Below, in pieces: positions 47,742-61,440 of a DNA stretch of 64,000 bases (within the stretch, counting starts at the first letter, position 1; the number at the start of each line of letters is the position of its first letter). The translations under genes and the position numbers were made by a program. The DNA comes from Takakia lepidozioides (Eukaryota; Plantae; Bryophyta). Below the pieces are notes generated by a model. The model was not told the DNA's origin, did no database searches, and saw nothing but the letters and a program-made list of their open reading frames with translations. The DNA lies in the NCBI GenBank assembly GCA_030704615.1, contig CM060734.1, positions 48,918,001-48,982,000 on the forward strand, read 5' to 3'.

Positions 47742-50700
47742 ATGGATGTCTTAAGAGTGGGTGCTGCAAATGGGGCGATTGCAAGCCTGGGCTGCGAGTT
47801 GCACATGGGAAGTCGTAGCAGCTTCTGCAGCGCGTCTCAACGATGCCACTCGATCGCGGGCTTGCCACAGCTGCGGCTGGTGGGATTTCGCTGCCAGCAG
47901 CGTGGTTTGGTGGTGAAGGCTGGTGGAGAGGGTGTGGAGGTCGGGGTGAAGGAGGGGGGCCAGAAAGGGGATATTTTACCATCGGGGGAGTGGCCGGAGA
48001 ATTTCTCCCTGCTTAACTTGGAGGATCTGGCAGCGCATTATCATTCCGTGCTTTTCAAGGCCGAGGTTGGTCTAGTGTTGTTGGTTTTCTTTAGACGAGT
48101 TGATTGCAGTGGAAGAATCGGAGGTCCCCGTGTGTTAAAAGTCGTTTCACAGTCCTTTAGAGTCGATGATTCTTTCAATGTTGCGGATTCTTTGTGGCAT
48201 TCATCATGAAGAGTATATCCCAATCATGGGTTGCAGCAGTCGCACCGGTGAAGTTCTTGGATACGAATGGAATGGCATGGCCCAAGATAGAGATGTCCAG
48301 ACTCGCTGCTCTTTCTGGTTTGGTTTGCCGACTACATGTGGTGCGGTGCTATTTGGTTCTGGATTCTGTGACGCGGTCTCTTTTGGGCTTGTTGCATTTT
48401 CTGCTGGTCTTATTTTGTTGTCTTGATAGTGTTTAATTGATTTCTCTTAATTGAATGTCGTATATCGTGTCCGTCACTGTTTGCTGTTTGTTTGACATTG
48501 CAATCTAGAAACTCACCATGGCTCCTTGCTTTCTGTTGTGGCTCCGTTGTAATCAGCTCTTTAAGATTGATGTGAAATCACATTTCAGAGGGGGCATCAC
48601 TTGCCATAAGAAGTTACCTGAAATGACTTTTGGTAAGATGGTGGCAGAAGTGGGTAGGTTTTAACTAGAGCTTATGCCACCTGTTTTCTGAACTGCAGTT
48701 TTCTCCTTGTGTTGAACCACATGTTTAGATCTTCAAATTTGGGCAAGAACTTATGGACCAGCTGAATTGATATGATTGCATATTTACATTTTTGGCATGA
48801 TGGTTGGAAGACCAATTGACCTAGCTCTGTTTTTGTGGACAGTATAGGGTCTGTTGTGTATTCTGATGGAGCTTGGCAGCCATGTGACATGTGGTGCCTG
48901 ATCGAAGTTGTTTCTGGGGTCAAACTGCATGTACTACAGATAAATCCCTGAGGCCAGGGGATTGATTGCTGATTGTACACGGTTTTTGCTTTGGACCCCT
49001 ACTTTTGCCTAGAGCACTGTGGGTGTGTTATGCTATAAACTTTTGGAACCTGTGTTTGCCACTCACATTGCCTCAGTGAAGATAAAAATCAAAATTTGAA
49101 AAGTCCCAAACAACAACATAAGGGGTGCTATCTTTGCTGGACATGTTTGCTACTTCGAGTGGTTTCTTGCAGAAGCACTCTCTCTGATTGATTGGCTAAA
49201 TTTGGTGGTAAATATGGTTTGGTTTGCAAGTCCATTGCTTCTCCGATGACAGCCTGTAGAGTGTCAGACTGAAGCTGCACATTGCAAGCATGAGAGCAAG
49301 TCGAGAGCTGATTTGTCTTGTGTGAAGGTGGTGCATGTGTGGAGCATGCTTTCAGCTCATTGAGGCTTCCACGTTACATATTGCTATGGGGCTTGGCAAA
49401 GGCCTGAGATAGCGGGTTTGTTTAGAAGGGATTCAGACGGGCAGCAAGCACATCCCATTACTTGTATCTAGAGCAGTGGTGTGGGCTTACCAGGACGAAT
49501 GTGTCATCTGATTCCAATAAATTTCTCCTACAGTGCCTTGAACATGAAGTGAAGGGACACTCTGGGAGGGTGGATCGGGGACAAATGGATTTTGTACTTC
49601 TCAGTTTGATATGAAAGGAAGGAGAGTGCTGCATTGGTGGGCCATAATTTGGTTTATCTGGGGTGGCATGTGATGCAGGCACAGCCTTCAACAAATTTGG
49701 CAGATGTGATGGCCAGGACTATTACCACCGCTTACCCTGACCAAGTCCTGGAAGAGGTGGCCGACTATTTTGTCAAGATTTCAGGCCTTCCTGTCATTGA
49801 CAAGGAGCTCAAGTGTGTTGGAGTGCTTTCCAAGAAGGACCTCAAGAAGGCTGCTGAGGGGGTTAGAAAACTCCTTACTCTATCCATTTTTGGTATTTGT
49901 TTCAGCTTGCAGTCAGTTTGTGTTTGTGTATCCCAAGCAGACAGACAGTATTAGCTACTGATCATTTTGTTTTACTGCAAATGCTAACAAGTCAATGTTC
50001 ATTTTGAAGAAGAGAGAATATACAGAATGAGAGTACAGTACAGTTGTGGCTTTCATCTGAATCTGGATTGGGATGGGCATGCAGCTGAAAGCAACAGTTG
50101 GTGATGTCATGAGCTCACCAGCCATCACTCTATCTGCCGAAAAGACAGTAGCTGGTATTTTTCAGATAGGCCAGATTTGATTTTACTTTTAGTTTGTGGC
50201 TCCAAAGTTTTCCATATCACTCGCCTCTCTGGTTATGAAATTATCTGCAGTGTTTATTACTTTCTAAAATCACATTTAGCTTGTGACAATCCCCAGGATA
50301 CAATCCTCTTAAAGCATTCCGGGAAGCCAAGATCCAGAGATGCATCGAAAGAAGTCATCTCCTACACCATCCGGTCTCTTACTCACAAACAATGGATTCA
50401 ATGTTCATCAGAAGATTGTACAGTGTCAGTTTCTTCTTGAAATACTGAGTCCTATAGAGACTTGGATTCATTGTCTTGGATTCATACACTAGTGTGTCAC
50501 TTCTACTGTTATGGGTAACAGCAGATGATAGATTGGGGTATTGTCATAGAGGCATTTGGGAATAATTTCTGATCTGTGGAAAATGAATGGCATACAGACG
50601 CTGCAGTGCTGATGCTCAAGAACAAAATTCATCGCATTCCCATTGTGAATGAATCCAATAAAGTTGTGGGTGAGTGTCCCACTTCTCTGCCAAACATAAG

Positions 50701-51020
50701 TTTGTGTGTGCTCCATATTTTGTGTTGTTGGCACTGCACTCCTTGCTTGGGGCTTTTTGAATTGCATGGGGGTTCGACTTTTGTATCATCTGTGCTGCAT
50801 TGTTCCTTTCTTATTCTGCACTTCAGGGGAGAGTGGGCTTCTTTCTATATCATGAAATTGCATGTCTCGTATTTGATCAAGTAATCTATAGGCCTTGGAC
50901 ATGTTCCGAACTTTTAGAGTCGTGTATATTGGGGGAACTTGTACCTATGATTGTGTTTGAACATGTGCAGGAATTGTCACGAGAACCGACATCTTTACAG
51001 CCCTGGAGGGAGGCTCATAA
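47742..51020 (+). CDS. Plastid-targeted single CBS-pair protein (CBSX-like)
   Basis: Approximate exons 47742-48065, 49679-49861 (LADVM..ISGLPVID..CVGVLSKKDL), 50085-50154, 50598-50669 (MLKNKIHRIPIVN), 50971-51020 (GIVTRTDIFTAL). Transit-peptide-like N-terminus. Confidence 0.88.
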
Positions 51021-52361
51021 GACACTGATGCACCATGTGGATGGGTCTGTCCCAATTGGCGATACGTCGGTTGGCATTCTCTGGTCATAATGATGTGAAG
51101 GATTTGTGGCTGTGCCCAGCACACAGCTAGAAGTTGGAAAGTCAAATGTACAATGGAAAAAGCTGGAGTGGGAGAGAGTAAGAAAGAGAGAAAGAGAGCT
51201 TGCTTCAAATAGGCAGGCTACTTGGCAGTGTACCAGACATGCATGAATATTTCAGTTGACTTCCTCAGGCGGTAGAGCTGACGAGAAAGCCAGCAGGATG
51301 AAGCTCTGCACTTGCTGTGGGAATGCTTGTGCTTGACATTGCTCATGTTTGTTGTTTCCGATCAATGCAATGTTTAAACAAATGTAGCATTGTGTATCGG
51401 TTGTTTCCCAACATGCAATTTTTTATTTTTTGAAACCCTCGGCTGAGCGATTTAGTATACAAATCCATTGTGCTGAGTGTCTATGAAGGTGGGATGTTGG
51501 GACTAATAGGTGGAAGAAAGGTTCTAGGCTCCTTAGATACACTGATCACTCTCCCATAGGTGCGAATCATTTTTGTGCCACACTCCACATGGGTCAGATC
51601 TACATCCAGAAAAGCATGTCGGGAAGGCTACGCCACAAAGTTCTCCAATTGCGGAATACTGTCACCAGGTGGAAATGGTTGGGTTCATGGATGCCCAAGT
51701 TTTATACCCATATGTGACACTAAATACCTCCATGTATATGGATGTCACTAATGCATCATATCTCCTTGCTATATTGCGATCTCATCTCTCTGTTGTCTAA
51801 AGAGAATGAAAGAGTGATGTGAAGTACTATTGTTTGTTCCCACCACATCATTATACATTCTGCTTTTGTCAGCTGCCTAAATTGGTTTTCACTTTATAGC
51901 AGATACAGGCCCTCATCTGTCCTGAGCATCCCCGGTTACAGGAGACCTGCTACAACCTTTCCAAGCTCACATATTCCTGATTATGATCCCTATGTGTGAG
52001 CATAGGCTGACAGGCAGCTGTTGCTGGACGTAGCACACATCACAAGTTAAACAGGAGGCTCACCCCTTTGAATTAGAATATGAAAGAATGGCTCACTGAC
52101 TTATGATGAATTAAAGTATGTTATCCACACACAGTCGTGTACATATTACAACAAGAAGCAAAAATAACTGAGAGAGAACTGTTATGCTTTCTGATGCGTT
52201 TTTCCATGCATACTTCCCTCCATGCATCCCATGTCACTGAGGCCTGAACTTGCGGAGCCACCATCCCTGAGATATCTACCTTCGGCGCTATAGGCTTGAA
52301 CAAAACAGTTAACAAAAGGCCTCCACAGCAACAAGCCTCCATATTTAGAGCTCGTCGTTGC

Positions 52362-54511
52362 TCAGATAATCCAGACCCATGACACAAGGGAGCCTGATGC
52401 TAGACCAATCACCAAGAAGACAACCATGATGATCCCAGCAGTCTCTGATTCTAAAAGCGAGACACTCTTGGGAGCAGAGATGAACAGATTGCTGGTCAGG
52501 TAGCCATTTGTAACCCCCAACAATAATGTGAGAATAAATACTGGAACTTCTGTCCGAAAGACCACTGGCCCGTGCAGACACAAAAAGAACAGCGGGAAGA
52601 AGAGAAGCCTTGCAAAGCACCCGCCTATCATGACTGATTGACTCTCAAGCAAGTACACAGCAGTCATCGATTTACCAATGAGGTCGCCAACATTGTAGCT
52701 ACCAATCAGTAAAATTGGATACCAATCTCCGAAATACGCAGAATGCACATCTTCAGTGATGTAGCCTGGAAAGATGGCCATTGTTACCACGTAGATCAGT
52801 GCCAGTGAGACTGATAGCCATTGTATCTGCCTCCACACTTGCCAATAGCTAACGGGTTCCACAAAGTTGGTCAGTAATGAATCCCCATTAGTCACCAATG
52901 CAATCTCAGAAGCTTCTGGGTTACCGTTCTTGAGGGTTGACTCTCTGTAATTGTTTGCATTGCCATTTGATAGATGACTAGACTCCATTGCCCCCATCTT
53001 CAAGGTCCTATAGTGCTGTATGACAGGCAGCTTGTACAACAGGTTGTAGGAGACAATGCAGATGGCTAGACAGACAGCGCTCACAGAGAAGTAGATATTA
53101 GCACTGAGCCGCAGTCCACTTGACGTTTGTGGCAGAGCAACCTTGGTAATGATGCGCAGCAAAGACACCAGCACACCTGAACCCAACCACACCGCACAAT
53201 GATGTTCAATAACTCTTGCTTGGTGCACCCACACCACAAGTGCAGTATGATAAAACCCAGCTATTAAGCTCCACCTCATGTGCGCAGCAGCACACAGGCA
53301 AGTAAATTCAAAGAGATGGAGGAGTTCTTGACTGACTGCTAGGTTATGCACTGCTACATTAGCTTTTCTAACTCCATAGCCACATCTGACAGGCTTGTCC
53401 ATTCACCCTTTTCCCATGAGGATATCAGCAGATCAGTTTTCCTTGAATGGAACACAGGATGAATAGTAAAGTGTAAGTGTAAAAATTCTACAAAGTGCTC
53501 TAGAGACATATTGAACATGTAAGCATCTCTGGAGTACACACTGTACTGAAGGTGATGCTTGCACATCAAAACAAGGCAATGCAGCTCTTTGACTGGATCA
53601 TGTAGTAATTTACTAGCTTCTACTACTGTTACAGGGCAACAGTCAATAGGTTCCAGGCTTAAGCTCAAATTCGGCTCTTGACTAGGGTTGGATGGTGAAG
53701 CCATGGGAGTTTGCATTATTACAAAGAAATGAAACGTTTACACCTGGATTGACTGTAAGAAGTTTGGGTGGCTCCCTGAAGATGTGCACGCAGCCTACAT
53801 TACATGCATCAACAGCAGTACTTTGTAGCACTGTGATTCATACACCCATAGTAGCTCAGAGCACCAATTTCATTCCTCAATCTTCAATTCCGAAGCTGAA
53901 GCTGACCTGATGGCAAGATTCTTTTCCGTATCCAACAACTGTGCAATCTTGATCAAATTACAATCCATAGTCCAAGAAGATGCACAATCATCCTTACCAC
54001 AAGCAGCTGTTCCTGCCGTAAGCGCCTGCATGTAGCGCTCAGGCAGCTCGCCTGCACATCCGTACAGACTGCCCTGCACTAGTGCATCAGCAATACCGAC
54101 GAATAACAGTGCTCCCACTGTCACATAATGCGTGAAACGCGTCCCTACGTCTCCCTTGATGAAGACCTCATCCATGACAGGTACCAGCACAACTGTAAGA
54201 AGGAAGACAGTGAGACCCATATTGATCCGGCCAGCGGCACCATAGTGACGTCCATAGGCTGTTAGAAGTGACAGCACCACCAGGCATGGGATGAAGTACG
54301 ACAGCGAGAACACTCTGTCGATATGTGTGTTAGGGTACAGATAGTCGAAGTAGTCGATTGCAGAAACGTAGGTATTCCAGGGAAGCAACAGGCCCGCTCC
54401 CAATAAAAAGAATATAAAGTACGCTATATTATAGGTATCCTTGGGGGCATCCGATCCTGTCAATGGCTGTCGTTCAAGGCTATCTGCGGACTTCCATGAG
54501 ATCCACCCCAT
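52362..54511 (-). CDS. Equilibrative nucleoside transporter (ENT1/ENT8-like)
   Basis: Exons 54511-53998 (FFLLGAGLLLPWNT, QGSLYGCAGELPERYMQAL) and 53176-52362 (IFPGYITED, GVTNGYLT). Phase-compatible GT-AG intron; many TM segments. Confidence 0.93.
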
Positions 54512-55473
54512 GGTAGCAAACCCTAAAAGCTCCTCAACTCTTCTTCAAACCCCTGCGTCGAATAATAAATGAAATCGTTGCACTCTGAGCAGCGATGCCA
54601 GCCTCCAATTGCCTACAACCATACGCAGCTTATTTGCATGTGTCCATTTCCTCCTGTCTCTGCCTTCGGTGCCAACCACCTACAGTCGAAAATCGCTGTC
54701 GATTCTTACAGACCTAACCGCGATTAAAGAATACGAATCCCAAGAGTCATCAAATCAACGCCGCCCTTCAGCAGAAATGTGAGAATCATACACAAAAATC
54801 CCTTTAAAGTGCTAGTTTTGGTACGCCTTGTACATCGACCTCAGAGTCCTCACTGCCTCGACAAATTCCCCACCAAGGCAATGAAAGGAAGCAAAGAAAG
54901 AATTAGGAGTTGACGCTAATGCAAAAGCCTTCGTGCATTCCTCTAATCTGGTTCGCTTGCCCACCCCGTCTAAAATCTAAACACGAAGAGTTCTAAATTC
55001 ATCGTCACCATGGAATCTGTGAGACGTACACAAAGCAAGTCTGTCTGGCTCGCAGCTGCGCACGTTAGACGTAGCGTGTAGCCATTGCACAGCCTCGGAC
55101 GGGGAACGAATCTATGAATATACCCCCACTTTTGGATGAATGTATGGATGTGGCCATCCACCTGTGGGCGGGAATGTCGTAATAATTGTCCAGTGATTGC
55201 ACTCAAATAATGTGCAATCACACTTTTCCGCAGCACATCCCAACGACTGCTCAATAGCCAGCTTTCGCCATTTCTAAATTTTATATACCTTTTTTTTCTT
55301 TTTGGTACCATTTCTGTGTTTTTCAAACACTATATATTCCCTGGAAATAAAGAATAGGTGGCTGTTTCTTTTAAAAATAGCTGTCACAAGTCACGATACA
55401 GCAGATATTTTCCGGCCCCTCACATTTGATATATAATAAGGATCTGGACCAATTTTGAAACAAATTGAAGGAT

Positions 55474-55574
55474 AGAGGAAGGCCCCCGGGTGGAGGACGC
55501 TCCTTGAATTTTATGTACCGCCCTCGGCCCTAGGGCATAAAATTCAAGGGGTGCGCCACAGGAGGGTCTTCCTC
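55474..55574. repeat. Imperfect ~40-bp-arm foldback in the ENT/PPase intergenic region
   Basis: GAGGAAGGCCC..GTGG..CCTTGAATTTTATG / CATAAAATTCAAGG..CCAC..GGGTCTTCCTC. Confidence 0.7.
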
Positions 55575-58041
55575 TCCATAAAGGAATGGGATGATTTCTT
55601 TTTCTTGTTTCTTTTGATGATCAAAAGACATGGGACTAGTGAAGGAAAATATCTTCGAGGTAAAAGATAAGGAAATGTCGAAGGTACGGTGCATTACACA
55701 AAGTGTACTCGTCACGGCTGGGCTATTACGCTGTATAACGAAACGAAGAGAAATCAGCCCTAGTTCTTTACACAAATCTTGGTCCCTACATGCATATTAA
55801 AATGATAATATTGTAGGGACTAGGGACCAAAGCTGATTTGCGTAAAGGTGGGAAGATCAAAACCAAGAAAACTTTAAAATCCGGTGTATTGGCACCTTCA
55901 TCTTTACCATAACTGACGGTCAGGATCATTTGAGAAATTTATATTCTAATGTTTCCATACTTGGTCGGGGTTCAAGAATTGGTCATCTAAACCACCATAA
56001 TGAGACCAACAATCTCCCACATAATCAACGCCCACTTAGCCGCCAGGTTCATGTTTTTACACCTAGTATTAATTTCCGATAGCAATAGCAATCATTTTAT
56101 TTATTTATTTATTAATAAAACAGGGGTCTGGCAACAGCAATCATATTTTCAGGGCCACTGTCCCATGTGATGTGTTTTTAAGAAAAAAAAGAACAGGGGT
56201 TGCTTTTTGTTTTGGGACAGACGCCTTGTTGGGAAAAAAAAAGTTTAGCCATGTTTAGCCACTCCCTTTATTGACAGACGAAACTATTATACATCCATTG
56301 GAAACTTCTATTCATCCGTTTGCTGCCAACCAAAATCACATCCGTGCATTGATGGACTGGATATTACGGGATATTACTTGGCATTGTTATTACTTATCCG
56401 TATTATTGTTAATTAATAATTTCCATGGCGGCATATGCTGGATGCTATGCTTGCTGCCAGCCTGCCTCCCTCCTCACTGTCCCCTAGTCCCTTTCACCTG
56501 CCGACATCCAACGGACATCATCCATCGTGTCTCGTCCATGTGACAGAGCATCCATGTGGGGATAGAGCATATTCTCAGAAAGCATCCATAGTGGATGAAT
56601 AAATTGAGCGAGGAAGGAGGGTTGCCGTGGTGATGGATGGATGAAAGATAGCGGCTGAGGCGGGAATCTAGAAGCAGGGGCCACGCAGGGACGAGCCATC
56701 ATCGAACCCGCCCCCCCGTACGTGTGATGGCTTTCGCTATCACGGCCATACGGACCACACACAGGGCGCCGCGTGGCGGAGACGAGGATCGGGGTTCCCC
56801 AACATTTTTATTTAGCCCCGCCGGGAAGCGTGTGCTGTTGTGGATACGTTCTTCCCTCGTTCGCCCGCGCTCTCCTGCTCTTTGCTCTTTGCTTTTTGCT
56901 CTTTTGCTCTTTTGCTCTTGCTCTTCTCTGCACCGCACGCAATCTGCCGGTGCGGTGTGTGGCGAAGATCGGTGGCGTGGGAGAAGCTGAATGCAGGTGA
57001 GGCTTGTGACGTGAACAAATTTCCTGTGCCGAGAGAGAAGAAGCGCATCGGTTGTCGCTCTAGACGTCTTTGGATCAAGAAACGTCGCACTTCTGTTTCT
57101 AGTGACATGGTGTGTACGGCAAGCATTCCTGTGTCGAGTTGAGGAATTCTTGCCTCAGATATAATTTATCGCGCTGATAGATCTGCCCCGTAGAGGTATC
57201 GATCAAGAAAAGCTTGGTTCCGGATCTGCATTTGTGTGGCGTGCTTCGAGGCCTGGAAGTGGACTTGAGATTAGCGTAGTGGAATGTTTTCCTGTACGAT
57301 CGTAAAGATTGATTGATTTTACTTCAAAATTTAGAGTGGTGATGCTTTGGAACTCGATCTTGGTGTTTCGAATTTATCATTCCGTTTTTGTGCGATCATG
57401 ATTTGACATTGCTCAGGAAGGGAGAGCAGCTACTGCGAATCCGGAATTAAATCAGTTGCATTATGTCTCACTAATCGCGATGAGAATTGTTCCTTGCTCT
57501 CTCCCTCTCTCTGTCGTAGTTTATCCTCCTCTTTTTCGCGATCTCCCAGACTTTCATTCAGTTCAAAAATGCGTGTCTCTACATATCTCGATGCTTTGCT
57601 ACACAATTGTTTTACCAGAATAAAATCTCTCTAGATCTGCCTGCTCTTCCCTCGAAGGGTGGCTCCGTGTCAACCTACGGTTACAGCTGATATCACCATT
57701 CTTGTTCCTCAGTAGGTCCACGACCTCACAACCTCACAACCTCACAACCTCGAGGTTGTTATTGAAATATCGATAATTATGGTAACTCGCAAGGTGGACA
57801 GAAGATCTCTACATTACACTGATTTTTGAAACTCCATGCATTGCTAAAGACTATAACAGCAAGAAAGTTGCAAGTTTTATGCTAGCCCCCGGATGTGTGA
57901 CGTCTTTGTTCCTCGTACATGTCACAGCATTTGCATGAAGACAAGGACCTCTTGATGTATGACCCAAGGTCACTCTTGTTTCCTTTTTCGCATGAAGGCT
58001 GAAATAGAGGAGGTGCAACCGAACTGATCGCATTGACGATT

Positions 58042-60720
58042 ATGACAACGACAAACGGGACACACCCCACTTTCCCTGTGAAAGTGCCTGTGCATCATAC
58101 ACGCATCCTTCCTAGTGCTTTGAGCGAACGCATCCTCGAATCCATGGATCGGCGATCTATTGCAGCACATCCATGGCATGACCTGGAAATTGGTGAGATT
58201 TCTTTCTCTTATGTCTTCGTCGATAGCCTTAGCGGTGTCTCTTGTAAAAGAACCTGTCTGCCATGGCGCTTGATGTCAGCAATTTCAATTTGGTGGGATC
58301 TAACAGTCTTTTCTCTCATTTTCTTTTTTCTTTTTCTCTCAACGAAGGCGTTTCTGCCAAATGCTCTTGTTACCCCTATCACCTTTTGGTCCGGTTCTGA
58401 TATGAAAGTTTTGTTCGTGATCTGCAGGGCCAGACGCACCTTCAGTTTTCAACTGTGTGAGTACTTCAGCCTAACCTTTTAAATGGCAAATGATACTTGA
58501 ATCTATTTTAAACCTGAAATTGCATATCAGCTGTCAACAGTATTTGGATCATATCGTCCTAGTTGCTCCATGTCTATATTTCCAGCATGAACAATGTGAT
58601 GCAAAGATGAGGTTGACAGTCACAGGGCAGAATGTACCTTGCCAGTAGAACAAGCCCTGAGTGATGTAGTGGAGTTTCATTAAGGCAGGTGGTGGAGATT
58701 GGGAAGGGAAGCAAGGTGAAGTATGAGCTGGACAAGAAGAGCGGTCTTATCAAGGTACGGGGTTATTCTATATGGTTATGAGGTTGTTCTTTACTGGTCA
58801 GCTAAACAATATAATTACATAATTGAAGGTACATGATTGCAGAGCCATTGCTAAGGGCTGCTGTGTCTTGAGGGGGAATAGCAGATTGCTACAGCGAGAA
58901 GAATTAGTTTTGGGTCATTATCCATGGCAGATAGAGATTGTTTACATGCATGTTTTTATTTTGCCATGTCCTTCAGGTGGACCGGGTTTTGTACTCATCA
59001 GTAGTCTATCCGCATAACTATGGCTTCATTCCTCGCACGCTCTGTGAAGACAACGATCCCATTGATGTTCTTGTCATCATGCAGGTATTTTCTGCTTCAC
59101 CTCTCCTTTCAATGTACTTCACTTTGATCCTACACTCACACCTGGACACTGAGAATGGTCATACTGGCCAAAAAATTGGTGACCCGATGTGACTTTTCAG
59201 GACAGACAATGATCTGTCTTAAGTTGTCTTGAAGTCTGAACCAAGACTACTGAACCAATAACTATTGGAGAGAGTGCTTCGTTCTATGGATTTATATACC
59301 TCATTTTGCCTCATGTCTATTGGCAAATTGGTCTTTATTTCTCGATACAAGAACTAAGCTAGCAAGCTTGGTCACCTGAAAGCAGGAACCTGTTCTCCCT
59401 GGATGCTTTCTCCGAGCAAGAGCAATTGGTCTTATGCCTATGATTGATCAGGTATTTGAAACAAAACGCTGTACTTCCTACCCATTCTCTTAGCAGATAG
59501 CTCTTAGTAATTAACAAATTAAGGAGGTATATGTCTTTCATCACATTTTGAGGAGGTTGGTGATGTTTGATTTTTACCATTGATGAAGAGATTGTAAAGG
59601 AGCTGTGAAAGTGTCATGTCGGAAGAGAAGAAAATGTGCTCAGTTAGATGCATATCAGTTTACTTGTCTCTTGGGTTGAGGTGAGACCACTGCCTTTGTC
59701 AGTCTTCTCTTGGCCCCCCTTTGTAGAAGTTCGCATAGCTTTGCTGAACTCTCTTCTGTGGATTTCAGGGGGAGAAGGATGACAAGATTATAGCCGTCTG
59801 TGCTGATGATCCCGAGTACCGTCATTACAGGGACATCAAGGAGCTTCCACCTCACCGTCTACAGGAAATCCGTCGGTTTTTTGAGGACTGTATCCTGTTC
59901 ATGGTTTCATAAGTTGTGAAAGAATACAACCAACACTTTATGCACCAATCATTTCACTTAAGGGGGTTCTCTTTTCAGTATCAACAGGTTTATTTTAGCA
60001 CACAAAGGCATCTCTACATACGCATAGTACACTTCAAAGAATTCTCCAGGCCAATTGGCCACTTTCATTCGCAAACACCTCCATCCTTGTCATTTTTGGG
60101 TGGAAGTATTTCTGGATGCGCAGGCAACACAGGGACATATAGAAACAGATGACATTTTGTGTATTTGCTGCAAGCTTGGTTCCTTGATTCTTTTGCAGAC
60201 AAAAAGAACGAGAACAAGGAAGTTGCTGTGAATGATTTTCTTGGTGCTGAGAGTGCTGTTGAAGCCATCAGCCACTCCATGTAGGTTTCCTGACCCACTC
60301 TAAAAACGTCGCTTGATGTACAGTATTACACCTAATTTGTTGCAAAGTAGGTCACAGAGATCTGCAGTATCGTTGGTCCTTTCACCCAGTCTTTGCTGCC
60401 TGCCACACTAGTCTGTTTGTAATGGGCTATCAGCATCTGGATGTGAATATTACAATCTGACAGACTTCGTTCCACTTGAAACGGTCTTCAGAACGACACT
60501 GACAAGACTCCTCGAGAAAGATGGTGGGACCACTTACGTGTTCAGGGTCTTCCAGTTCCTTTCAAGAATCCCCTTGTCACACTTGAACAACAATTTTGGT
60601 CTCTATTTCCTTGTTGCCAATCTTGGACAAAGGTTGCATTTGACATACTGAGGTGTTCAACCTGGCATGTTTTCCAGGGATTTATATGCTTCCTACATCG
60701 TGGAGAGCTTGCGACAGTAG
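58042..60720 (+). CDS. PPA: Soluble inorganic pyrophosphatase (plant cytosolic family I)
   Basis: Approximate exons 58042-58192 ([10 protein letters not shown]), 58427-58455, 58689-58754, 58977-59084 ([22 protein letters not shown]), 59385-59451, 59770-59889 ([15 protein letters not shown]), 60199-60280, 60678-60720. Probable 5'UTR exon ending ~56996. Confidence 0.94.
59890..60198 (+). other. U12-type (minor spliceosome) GT-AG intron
   Basis: Donor GTATCCTG and branch site TTCCTTGAT about 10 nt before the CAG acceptor, splitting ED/YKKNENK. Confidence 0.8.
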
Positions 60721-61440
60721 CGACCTTGCGCTTTAGAGCACGTCTGCCACATGATTACCTAGCGATAAACATTGTTTCCCAGTCTTCATAATAATCTGTT
60801 AAATGACTGGAAGTTCCACAAATATTTCCGATTTTAAAATCCACTCTGAGAGTGCCATACCCAACTCTTGATTGAGTACAATGCTGTAACACACTGTTGC
60901 TGCTTTTCAGACTACAGATCCTTCACAGGCGATGCAGGCTTCCTGGGCCTACTAGATGTCTTCCACACTAGTGCTGGAAGGATCTGGAGTCCTTCTGGAG
61001 GTGGAGGGTCTCCCATGTGCTGTGCTGTGCATCTCATAGCTAGGGCCTTCAGCATCTCTGGAGGCTGCATACTCATAAATTTTTGGACAATCTGGGGTTG
61101 TTGGAGCCTGTGGAAGCGTTGGCCGGCCAGCCTCCGCAGTGATTGTGCCACGAAACTTTTCAATAAAGATGAGCAGGCTTCACTCAACTTATCACTGCGA
61201 CGAGTCTGAAAGCATTCCAGTGTGATGAATCTCCAATGCTGCCAATAGAAAGAAAAAGCTTTAATAATGAGGGGACAGCTTTTCTTTTCTTTTTTGGTAA
61301 ATAAGCACAGATGCAGTGGGATACTGAGCCAAGTTTATCCAGCCGTGGCGAAATCTTGTATTTTGTTGTTGTTTATTTTGTAAAGCTTGTCACCTCTTAC
61401 AGCGGGCCCGATGAGAGAGAGAGACGCAGGAGCGCTGGCC

